This document shows positions 1-8,578 of a stretch of 64,000 nucleotides of DNA, in pieces. The notes under the pieces were generated by a model. It saw nothing but the letters and a program-made list of their open reading frames with translations, was not told where the DNA came from and searched no databases. The position numbers were made by a program, and so were the translations under genes. Every line of letters begins with the position of its first letter. The first letter of the stretch is position 1. Where the stretch lies: assembly GCA_013166775.1 (NCBI GenBank), contig JABLTJ010000002.1:96001-160000 (forward strand). Direction: 5' to 3'. Source of the DNA: Promethearchaeati archaeon (lineage in GTDB: Archaea; Asgardarchaeota; Heimdallarchaeia; Heimdallarchaeales; Heimdallarchaeaceae).

Positions 1-797
1 CTAATTCTTTGTTCTTGCCTAATAAGTGTTTTATCGAATTTCATTCCTACATAATCTTCTTCGATATATTCATTGTCCCAGAACCATATGTAAGAAGTTG
101 AATTCAGATTTTCAATAATCTGAAGTTTTTGAGAAAGGGTTCCTTCGGAATTATCTATTACTCTTTCTGGTTGGTATCCTTCTATTCTGAATTCTACTCT
201 TTCAGTTATATTACCTTTCCAGGATCTTCCCGTACCAACATCATAGACATAATAAAATTCATCATTGCTAGTATTCCAGCTATATTCAACAGAAGTAAAC
301 GTTCCTCCTTCAAAAGTAATATTAGAAAGAATGAAATCTCTTTCATAATAGTTTATCAGATATCTATTCCACTGAAAAAAAACATTATCAGTTATCTCAG
401 TAAAATTATGCTGTATTTCACGTCCATTTACTTTAACCAATAAAGAATCAACAAAACCTTGATCAACACCATAAAAAGGTGCTGCAATTGTCAGAGTTAT
501 AGTTTCGTGTGGATTGTAAAATTTATAGGAACCTAGAAAACTTACTTCAAATAATTCTTGATGAATACCTTTAGATGGATTTGATTTAATTGTCATTTTT
601 ACATCTGCGTTTTTCATTGAAATATTATAATTGGTCTTACTTGGGATAATACCTCCCATCGTTAATCCATTATAATAATAATAAGATACATAAATTGGAT
701 TAGCTGCTGATTTGTTCATAGGTAAGGTGATACTTCCAGTTAGAAATAATAGGATAATCAACATTATTCTTTTATTATGAGTAGAAATTACAGACAT
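1..797 (-). CDS. Secreted/surface protein, DUF4424-like (partial, runs off the left edge)
   Basis: Not in the ORF track; read manually from ATG at 797: MSVISTHNKRIMLIILLFLTGSITLP (signal peptide) ... YVYDVGTGRSWKGNITERVEF; appears open to position 1. Confidence 0.6.
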   Translation of the reverse strand, partial: MSVISTHNKRIMLIILLFLTGSITLPMNKSAANPIYVSYYYYNGLTMGGIIPSKTNYNISMKNADVKMTIKSNPSKGIHQELFEVSFLGSYKFYNPHETITLTIAAPFYGVDQGFVDSLLVKVNGREIQHNFTEITDNVFFQWNRYLINYYERDFILSNITFEGGTFTSVEYSWNTSNDEFYYVYDVGTGRSWKGNITERVEFRIEGYQPERVIDNSEGTLSQKLQIIENLNSTSYIWFWDNEYIEEDYVGMKFDKTLIRQEQRI

Positions 798-943
798 ATC
801 CCATATACTATAGTTTCAAACCCTTAAATTATTTTCTAGTATGTTTCAAGGATTGGAATTATATCTTTTTTGCATTTTACCAGAAAAGAGAATAGTCAGA
901 CACTAGTAATTCAGTTATTAGAACCAAAATATCCTAATTCTAA

Positions 944-1393
944 TCATGCTCCAATTCTTTCTTGTTTTTCTAGATTTTTCAGTATATTTGCAATATTTTC
1001 TTCGATTTCGTCGATTTCAGTAGGTGAAAAACCTTCATAGTAAATACTACTCATTTCTAATACTATCTTAAAATATCTTTCAAAATCTTGTTGAAATTTG
1101 TCCAACAGTTTTATCAGATGCTTTCTTCTATCTTTCTTCGAAGGAACTCTTTTTACAAGTTTTTTACTTTCAAGTTTATCTATAACTACTGTTAATGTTG
1201 AATTGCTTAATGAAGTTCGATCCGATAATTCTTGCATAGAGATTAAATCTTGCTCTTTAAGTGCAAACAAAACCCGACCTTGTGACGGATTTAAATCGGC
1301 TAAATCATTTTCCCTTAATTTTCTTTGAAACAATCTATCAGAAATCTGGTGGATTTGAGCGATATTTAATCCTATTTTCGAAGGTTTTTTCAT
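944..1393 (-). CDS. MarR-family transcriptional regulator
   Basis: wHTH pattern LSNSTLTVVIDKLESKKLVKR..DRR; divergent from an oxidoreductase gene. Confidence 0.9.
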   Translation of the reverse strand: MKKPSKIGLNIAQIHQISDRLFQRKLRENDLADLNPSQGRVLFALKEQDLISMQELSDRTSLSNSTLTVVIDKLESKKLVKRVPSKKDRRKHLIKLLDKFQQDFERYFKIVLEMSSIYYEGFSPTEIDEIEENIANILKNLEKQERIGA

Positions 1394-1426
1394 CTATGAA
1401 TCCACCTATTCAGACACAAATAAATC

Positions 1427-1455
1427 TTTCGAATGCGTAATTTACGGTTTCGAAA
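1427..1455. promoter_or_regulatory. Imperfect palindrome, probable MarR operator
   Basis: TTTCGAA-TG-CGTAA-T-TTACG-GT-TTCGAAA (24 of 29 positions symmetric) between the divergent marR and NmrA-like genes. Confidence 0.65.
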
Positions 1456-1497
1456 TATTTTTAAACTTCCAATTAATTTTATTTTGGGTGAATCTAA

Positions 1498-2346
1498 ATT
1501 ACTAATATACTAGTTACTGGCGCTACAGGTAATGTAGGTAGGGAAGTAATCAAATTTCTAATAGATGAAGATGTAACTGTTTTTGCAGCTGATATCAATC
1601 CGGAAATTGTTAAAATACGATTTGGTGATGACGTTCAATTTCGCAAACTTGACTTTTATGATCCCACAACTTTTGAATCAAGTCTGGAAGGTATGGGTCG
1701 AGTTTTCCTAATGCGACCTCCGCAAATAGGCAAAGTAAAGAAATACATGTTCCCATTTATAGATTTAATCAAAAAGAAAGGGATAAAACATGTTGTAACT
1801 CTTTCAATAGCTGATGCAATGCCTTTTGTTCCCCATTATAAAATAGAAAAATATCTCGAGAAATCAAAAATAATCTACACACATATTCGAGCAGGATACT
1901 TCATGCAGAATCTGTCAACAACACACAAAGAAGTTATTCAGAAAGAAAAAGACATTTTCATTCCTGCTGGAGATGGAAAGATTAGTTTCACTGACGCAAG
2001 AGATATTGCAGAGGTTGCTGCTACCATATTGATGAAAGGAACACATAAAAACCGTACACTCAAAATTACTGGAGATGCTGCACATAATTTCTATGAAGTA
2101 GCAGAGAAAATGTCCTCAATAACAAATCAACCCATTAAGTATAGTAATCCTACAGGAAAAGAATTTAAGAAAAAAATGCTGAGTTACAAATTTGACAAAG
2201 GAATGGTCAGAATAATGGGTTTTATTTATTCTGCCATAAAAAATCATAAATCTGACAAAACTTATCCCGACTTCAAGAAACTATTAAAGAAAGATCCTAT
2301 AACTATTGACCAGTACATTGAGGATTATGCTGAGAATTGGTTATAA
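1498..2346 (+). CDS. NmrA-like / SDR NAD(P)-binding oxidoreductase
   Basis: The frame extends upstream of the track ORF (1693) to give TNILVTGATGNVG (Rossmann motif). In-frame TAA at 1495-1497, so the start must be ATT 1498 or ATA 1507. Confidence 0.8.
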   Translation: MTNILVTGATGNVGREVIKFLIDEDVTVFAADINPEIVKIRFGDDVQFRKLDFYDPTTFESSLEGMGRVFLMRPPQIGKVKKYMFPFIDLIKKKGIKHVVTLSIADAMPFVPHYKIEKYLEKSKIIYTHIRAGYFMQNLSTTHKEVIQKEKDIFIPAGDGKISFTDARDIAEVAATILMKGTHKNRTLKITGDAAHNFYEVAEKMSSITNQPIKYSNPTGKEFKKKMLSYKFDKGMVRIMGFIYSAIKNHKSDKTYPDFKKLLKKDPITIDQYIEDYAENWL

Positions 2347-2358
2347 AGTACAGAAACA

Positions 2359-3879
2359 TTACAATTTTTTCAGTACTTCATTAGCACATTGCCAACCAGA
2401 CCAAATTGTAGATGAGTATCCACCTCCAGGAAAAGTCCAAGCAGATGCGAAGTACAGATTTTTGACTGGTGATTTGTTTTTCAATCTCATCATACCAGAT
2501 TGTTTAGGAGTATAGGCAAATCCTAGAAAAGTTCCATTTGGATTAAGGGTATATTCCACTTTTGTTCTAGGTGTTGAAACATAATAGTAATCGATATGAC
2601 CTACCATATCTGGCATTAGTTTGTATAAACGATCAATGAACATATGTGCAACTTCTTTCTTCTTTGCAGTATATTCTGCTTTGCTCAAACCCCCCCAGTT
2701 TTCAATATAGTCCACAACGCTGATTACGCCGATACTACGCCCAGAACTAGCAAGCATTGAATCGATTTGGCTAAAATCAACAAAAATGAAATTTCGTTTC
2801 TCATAATCTCCTTTATGATTATCTGCTATTTGATGGAGACTAATAATACTTGGGTCATTCACTACTGTAGTATAACTAGTATTTCCAATTTCTATTGGAG
2901 GTTTATTGAAACCAAGGTAGATGTTAAGTATTGAATGACCTACATCTAGTTTATTAATTTGCTCTCTGAATTTCTTGTGACGCTTTCCTTGTAATAGCTC
3001 ATTTGCAACCTGAGGGACAGGTGCATTTGCGATGATAATTTTTCCACTAATTTTGTGAATTTTTTTGTCGCTTTCTTTTTTAGATATATACTCAACTCCA
3101 CAAGCTTTTCCTCTTTCAACTACAATTCTTGTGACTACTCTATCAAACAGAAAGGTTCCACCATGTTGTTTGATGAATTTTACAAGACCGTAACTAAATT
3201 TGATCGAACCACCTTTAATATAGTGAGTTCCACCCTTAAAGCGTGTTGAGAGTGCGATTGCATAAATTATAGCAGATAGTTTGTAAGGATCGTCTCCATA
3301 GTATTGAATAGTACCTGCTAATGCAAGTTTAAGATCTTCATTATTAAAATGTGAATCAAATAGATCTCCAGCTGTCTTTCCTCCCCATCTAGGAATACTT
3401 GGAAAAATCATAGGCACAAATGGACCAATTATTCCTTGCATGAACTTAGACCTTGGTATATTGTGAGTGTCCTTTGTTATTGCATTTATTGTTTTGAAAA
3501 ATTTCTTTATTGATTTCTCTTCATCAGGAAACCATTCAACTAGTTTCTCTATTGCTTGTTCTTCGTTATCAGGAATCGTAAAATCCTTTCTTTCATTATA
3601 AAATTTGTAAAAACCAGTTAATATCTTCTCAAATTCTATGTTGAAGAATATGTCTAAATCTTCAAAAACTTCTATCTTTGGATCTTTTTCATATAATCCA
3701 TCCATTGCATGAAGACCAAAGTCAATCATATAATCATCGGAAAGTTTAAGACAAGAAGCATAACCACCTGGAGTTGATTCTTGTTCTATTAGCAGAACCT
3801 TCTTCCCTTCTTTTGTTAATTTAGCTCCAGCAATGAGTCCTCCTATACCTGTTCCAATAATAATGGCATCATAATCCAT
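2359..3879 (-). CDS. Phytoene desaturase-family FAD-dependent oxidoreductase
   Basis: N-terminal DAIIIGTGIGGL FAD motif, PGGYAS, C-terminal NLYFASAWTFPGGG. Confidence 0.85.
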   Translation of the reverse strand: MDYDAIIIGTGIGGLIAGAKLTKEGKKVLLIEQESTPGGYASCLKLSDDYMIDFGLHAMDGLYEKDPKIEVFEDLDIFFNIEFEKILTGFYKFYNERKDFTIPDNEEQAIEKLVEWFPDEEKSIKKFFKTINAITKDTHNIPRSKFMQGIIGPFVPMIFPSIPRWGGKTAGDLFDSHFNNEDLKLALAGTIQYYGDDPYKLSAIIYAIALSTRFKGGTHYIKGGSIKFSYGLVKFIKQHGGTFLFDRVVTRIVVERGKACGVEYISKKESDKKIHKISGKIIIANAPVPQVANELLQGKRHKKFREQINKLDVGHSILNIYLGFNKPPIEIGNTSYTTVVNDPSIISLHQIADNHKGDYEKRNFIFVDFSQIDSMLASSGRSIGVISVVDYIENWGGLSKAEYTAKKKEVAHMFIDRLYKLMPDMVGHIDYYYVSTPRTKVEYTLNPNGTFLGFAYTPKQSGMMRLKNKSPVKNLYFASAWTFPGGGYSSTIWSGWQCANEVLKKL

Positions 3880-4005
3880 ATCGTATATTTGAAGAGAGCA
3901 TTTATTATCTTTTTGTAGAGGAGTAGCAAAGGGAATCTAGAACCAATTTCCAGTATCAATGTATTTACGTAAAAATAAATAAAGAATTACGAAACAAAGT
4001 CATAT

Positions 4006-5094
4006 ATGAAAATTTCTTACCTTCCATCTGATTATATAATCAATGGTTTAAGAAACCTTGAAGAGATTCAGAGAAAAGAATCAAGTTTCTTCTTAAGAGC
4101 AGTTAGAATCGAGAATGATTCATCAAACAAGATTAAGCTAACACAATACCAATTTGATATTCAAAGAAATTCTGAAACATTGAAATCAATAATGTATAAT
4201 GAGAAGATGATTCAGAAGAAAGCAGAGGATGTAAGTAAACTAATTGAAGCACTACCACATCCTGATTTAGCTAAGTTTTTCCTAGGTACAGCAGAATTTT
4301 GGAACAAAGATAAACTTTCACTAAATGACCTAGAACAAGACCAAGAAACAGGATTAATATTAGAGTATTTTGAATACATGGATAGAGAACCGGTAGATCA
4401 GCTTAAATTCACTGTTTATTATATAGAGAATGATGAACAGAAAAAAGAAGCAATCATAATCCCTATACAGCACTATGAATGTAAGAATGAGTACATTCTC
4501 CCTCTTAGAGGAGCATGGATACCAGCCAATCCCTTCGACAATCCATATGAGCATAGAAGAATGCATTCACAAGAGTTTGGTTTTGATTTAATAAAAGTAG
4601 ATAAAGAAATGAATCTGAGTTCCAGCTCAGGAAGGGAAAATGAATCACATATCTTTTATGGTGAACAAGTAATTGCAATAGCGGATGGAGTAGTGGTAGA
4701 TACTTTTGATCAGCTACCTGATAATCCCGCAGCTGGTAAGTTATTACCTGAAGAGGATTTAGGAAAAATAATCATGGAATCAGGATATCTTCCTGTTGCA
4801 GCAGGAAACTATGTTGTGATTGAACATCTTGAAGATGAATTTTCTTTTTATGCTCATTTGATACCAGAATCCTTGAAAGTCAAAATCGGAGATAAAGTCA
4901 AACAAGGTCAATGTATAGGTCTTCTTGGTAATTCAGGAAACTCTTCAGCACCTCATCTACATTTCCAACTAATGCAGGGCTCGAATCCATTAACAGCAAG
5001 AGGGTTACCATGTAAGTTTAACAATCTCACTGGTTTAGAAGGAGAAAAAGTAGAACTGGTTGACAAGAATTTCTCTATCATCTATGCAAAGTAA
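4006..5094 (+). CDS. M23-family metallopeptidase
   Basis: GNYVVIEH...YAHL...V.IGDKVKQGQ.IG.LGNSGNSSAPHLHFQ. Confidence 0.85.
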   Translation: MKISYLPSDYIINGLRNLEEIQRKESSFFLRAVRIENDSSNKIKLTQYQFDIQRNSETLKSIMYNEKMIQKKAEDVSKLIEALPHPDLAKFFLGTAEFWNKDKLSLNDLEQDQETGLILEYFEYMDREPVDQLKFTVYYIENDEQKKEAIIIPIQHYECKNEYILPLRGAWIPANPFDNPYEHRRMHSQEFGFDLIKVDKEMNLSSSSGRENESHIFYGEQVIAIADGVVVDTFDQLPDNPAAGKLLPEEDLGKIIMESGYLPVAAGNYVVIEHLEDEFSFYAHLIPESLKVKIGDKVKQGQCIGLLGNSGNSSAPHLHFQLMQGSNPLTARGLPCKFNNLTGLEGEKVELVDKNFSIIYAK

Positions 5095-5392
5095 TGAAAT
5101 CTTAATTATTATAATACACATTTTCCCTTTTCATTACGATGCAAGGCATCCTTCCTAATAGTAAGGTGCCCAATCCAAGAAGGTGAGGTTACTGTTCTGC
5201 TAAGCTTGAGTATTCATGACACTATCTTATAAGAAGGAGACTTTAAAACAAAGTAACGGTTAAACAGAAAAAATCCTATCTAGAACGCTGAACCTGCAGA
5301 ATCTTCATTCGACTTTTTAAACGCTTGTTTATTCAAGTTTTAGACTAACGTAAATATTTTATAAGTGAATTACAACACGTTGATTGTAGAAA

Positions 5393-6622
5393 ATGAGCGT
5401 TGACAGAGAAGGTTTAGAATCCAAAGTAGCCATATTGGGACTCTCACAATCTGGAAAAACTTCCATCAGACAAGTAATTTTTGAAGGATTTGCTCCAGAA
5501 TCCACATCGCAGAATCCAGCAACAGTCAGAATTAACAGGAAGTTGTTCAATCTCGCAGGAAGTTCCATAAACTTATTTGATGTAGGAGGGCAGAGCGCTT
5601 ATCTAAATGAAGTCTTTCAACAGTATCAAGAAAGAACTTTTTCTGATGTGAAAGCAGTTATCTTTGTTGTAGATGTATCTGATGCTGCTAACATAATGAG
5701 ATCTAAATATTATTTTGATCTAACAGTTGAGAATGTCAAAGAGATAAGCAGAACTGCTAAGATATATGTCTTTGCTCACAAAATGGATGTTGTACCTGTC
5801 AATAAAAGACAAGCAGTACTTCAATCCATTAAAGATATCTTTGAAATCGATAATATGGAAAATGCAGAGATTTATGGTACCTCAATCTTTGAAGATACGC
5901 TCTGGGATGCGATGCAGAAGATTCTTGCTTTGGTTTATCCTAAGGATGATAGCAAAACATTAGAAATCAAAGATGTTGTAGGGGCATATGATTTATCATT
6001 TTTAGCTGTATCAACAACTCATGGTCTTGTCCTTTATTCCCAACCAGAAGCTCTTGCAGGAGTAAATTATGAGAGGTTGAGGAATGAGTTGTCCAACACA
6101 TTTTTCCCTGGAATGGTAATGGATTATGCAATTTTCTCATTGGGAAACTTTTGTGTTTTTATGAGGGAAATTGATAATGATTTAGTACTTACTTCAGTTT
6201 TTGAACACGGTCCTGATCTGGGTGATACTCGTAGTAAATTCCTAGAACTTAGTGGAAAGATAATGCAAATCTTCCAACCTGATGAATTAATAGGACAAGC
6301 AAAGGCAAAGATGAAATCAACTCTATCAAAATACTTAGAAAATAACAAAGTAAGAGAGATAGCTACTCTTGAACGAAGGTTCGATGTTAAAGTGAATGTC
6401 AAGTGTGATATTTGTGGAAAACAAGTTCAAAAATCGATTCTAGATGTAGCTGTAGAAAATTCTGAAAAACTTGAAAGAGGAATAAAAATTACTGCAGGAT
6501 TTGGAGTAACAACAATTGAGATGTATCCTATACATGAATGTATAGAAGGAATGAGAGAAATTCCAGTTTTCCTAGATAGTGATCTTGAATATAGAAGATA
6601 TGATAACAGTAGACCAATCTGA
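5393..6622 (+). CDS. Rag/Gtr-like small GTPase (RagA-like) with roadblock/longin-like domain and C-terminal Zn-binding domain
   Basis: G1 GLSQSGKTS, G3 DVGGQ, G4 HKMD, G5 TSIF; then an alpha/beta domain and CDICG...HEC. Confidence 0.85.
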   Translation: MSVDREGLESKVAILGLSQSGKTSIRQVIFEGFAPESTSQNPATVRINRKLFNLAGSSINLFDVGGQSAYLNEVFQQYQERTFSDVKAVIFVVDVSDAANIMRSKYYFDLTVENVKEISRTAKIYVFAHKMDVVPVNKRQAVLQSIKDIFEIDNMENAEIYGTSIFEDTLWDAMQKILALVYPKDDSKTLEIKDVVGAYDLSFLAVSTTHGLVLYSQPEALAGVNYERLRNELSNTFFPGMVMDYAIFSLGNFCVFMREIDNDLVLTSVFEHGPDLGDTRSKFLELSGKIMQIFQPDELIGQAKAKMKSTLSKYLENNKVREIATLERRFDVKVNVKCDICGKQVQKSILDVAVENSEKLERGIKITAGFGVTTIEMYPIHECIEGMREIPVFLDSDLEYRRYDNSRPI

Positions 6623-8470
6623 TTATTCTTCTTGTTCTTCTGTTTCTTTAATTTCTTTATTATTTGTCGCTCCTTTTGTTAAGAAATCTGACATACTTTT
6701 GATTGCTTCCTTTGAAAAAATGCCTTCAGGAACTTCATCTTTTGTTTTCATTAAGAAACTAGCAAAACCTTTGATATCATTTGCGTCGAATTCGATTTGA
6801 GCAGAAGCTTCTTCAGATACTGCTGCGATTTCTTGTGCTGGTTCCTCTTCTGAAGTAACTTCCATTTCTCCATTTACAAATGTTCCAGTTTCTTGTATCA
6901 GCTCTTCAGTTACTTCTGATTTTCCTTCTAAAACAGTTTCCACTTCACCTGGATCAGGAATTTCTAGAATCTCACTCAGACCAGCAGCTAGTTCTCCTTT
7001 AAGCTCAGAATCTACTGGTTTATCAGATGCAATCTTTGGAACTGAATCAGGAACTGCAACTGGCTCTATTACTTTTGGAGGAGCAGGTGTTTCTACTTCT
7101 TTAGCAGGTTCAGAAAAAGGTTCTGGTTTGACTTCAACTTGAATTTCAGGAATAATCTCAGGAGCTTCTTCAGTGGAAGTTTCTTCAACAAACTCTAGAG
7201 AAGTTTCAGCCATAATTTCTACAGGAGTCTCCTCAAGGGGTATGTCTTCTGTTGATTCTACTTGTGCTACTTCTATTGGAATTACTGCAGGAGTTGGTGC
7301 TTCTGTAGCAACTTCAGCTAATGTCTCAACAGCAGCTTCAACAGGTGCTGCAACTGCAGGAGGTTTCTCTATTTTTGTCTCAATTTCCCCTGTTGATTGA
7401 GCAAATTTGAATATTAGTTCATAGAGAATTTCCTTTTTCTGATCTGTAATCTCCGAAAATGATGTGACTAGAAGAAAATTGGTTGCTAGATTAAAGATCA
7501 TTCCGTGTACAGTTCGATCTGCAGAAGAAATAATACTTCCAGTAGAATCAATATCATCTCCTAAATCCTTTATCTGATTTTTAAGGTGATGTAGTCCAAT
7601 TAGATAGTCCATTGATTTTTCGATGTTCACATTAGACTGCGAGGAAGCTCCGATAATTGGAGAATAGGTTGCTTTATCAATTAAAACCATTTCGACAATG
7701 TCATATTCAGTAAGATCAAACTCTAAATCTAATTTGCCAAAAGTTGGAAGAATAGGTTCAGGTTCTGGATTCAAGAACTCTCTTAACTGTTTTATTCTAG
7801 GATCTTCTTGATGTTCCATAACATAGCTTTGGAATTCATTGCTTTGTTCAACTGCTTCACCAACATTTGATACTAACTCGAATCTTCTAGTGTCAATACC
7901 AGATTCTTTCATAACGGTGAACATTAAATCTTTGAGACTTTCATAATAGTAAATACTAGTATTCTCAAATTCTATCTCGAAACGAGGATCATCGAACAGT
8001 TCTCGAATATGTTGATGAATTACTACCATTCTTTCAGGAGTAACTAAATCCACCTTATGACAGAGAACGGTAATATGGCCTTCAGGATTCTCTTTGACAT
8101 ATTGACGAATAGTAAAACTAAATCTTCTTTCTGATTCTTCAAAAAGTTCAGGTTGAGTGACATCAACAACCCATACTAGAAGTTTCACATTGGAAAAAAC
8201 AAGATGTCTAAAATGCGTAACAGCTTCATTCCAGTAGCTCTCTTGTCCTCCAGAATCGATAACTAAACTCTTTTTTTCCTCATCAATAAAGTGACGTTGA
8301 TAATGAACTGTAGCCATATAATCTTCTGCATCAGCAGGTTTTTTATCGAAAAAGACAACATCTTTTATTGCTGTCTTCCCTGCTGACTGTAAACCCATGA
8401 GAAGGATTTTATCCTCTACAGCAGGTGCATCTGATTTATCTTTGTATAATTCATCGAATAAGTAGGACAC
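6623..8470 (-). CDS. Rag/Gtr-like small GTPase (RagC-like) with roadblock/longin-like domain and acidic disordered tail
   Basis: KILLMGLQSAGKT..VVF, DSGGQ, HKVD, TSIY; Glu/Pro/Ala-rich C-terminal region. Confidence 0.85.
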   Translation of the reverse strand: MSYLFDELYKDKSDAPAVEDKILLMGLQSAGKTAIKDVVFFDKKPADAEDYMATVHYQRHFIDEEKKSLVIDSGGQESYWNEAVTHFRHLVFSNVKLLVWVVDVTQPELFEESERRFSFTIRQYVKENPEGHITVLCHKVDLVTPERMVVIHQHIRELFDDPRFEIEFENTSIYYYESLKDLMFTVMKESGIDTRRFELVSNVGEAVEQSNEFQSYVMEHQEDPRIKQLREFLNPEPEPILPTFGKLDLEFDLTEYDIVEMVLIDKATYSPIIGASSQSNVNIEKSMDYLIGLHHLKNQIKDLGDDIDSTGSIISSADRTVHGMIFNLATNFLLVTSFSEITDQKKEILYELIFKFAQSTGEIETKIEKPPAVAAPVEAAVETLAEVATEAPTPAVIPIEVAQVESTEDIPLEETPVEIMAETSLEFVEETSTEEAPEIIPEIQVEVKPEPFSEPAKEVETPAPPKVIEPVAVPDSVPKIASDKPVDSELKGELAAGLSEILEIPDPGEVETVLEGKSEVTEELIQETGTFVNGEMEVTSEEEPAQEIAAVSEEASAQIEFDANDIKGFASFLMKTKDEVPEGIFSKEAIKSMSDFLTKGATNNKEIKETEEQEE

Positions 8471-8578
8471 GATTACGACCCCTAGTACTGTCTAATATAA
8501 AGATGTCTGTGTAATACTAAAGCAAAATTTTACATATCAATATATCGATACTGACTAATGAAAAAGAGGAGAAAAGGA

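Noticed and set aside
129-443. Plus-strand 104-aa ORF and the many other short ORFs in the track that overlap longer genes (e.g. 1098, 7173, 13003, 40761, 46610, 48210)
   Set aside because: Antisense or out-of-frame shadows of well-supported genes, with no motifs
5145-5260. SECIS element
   Set aside because: No adjacent gene has a plausible in-frame TGA, and the hairpin lacks a convincing AUGA/GA core
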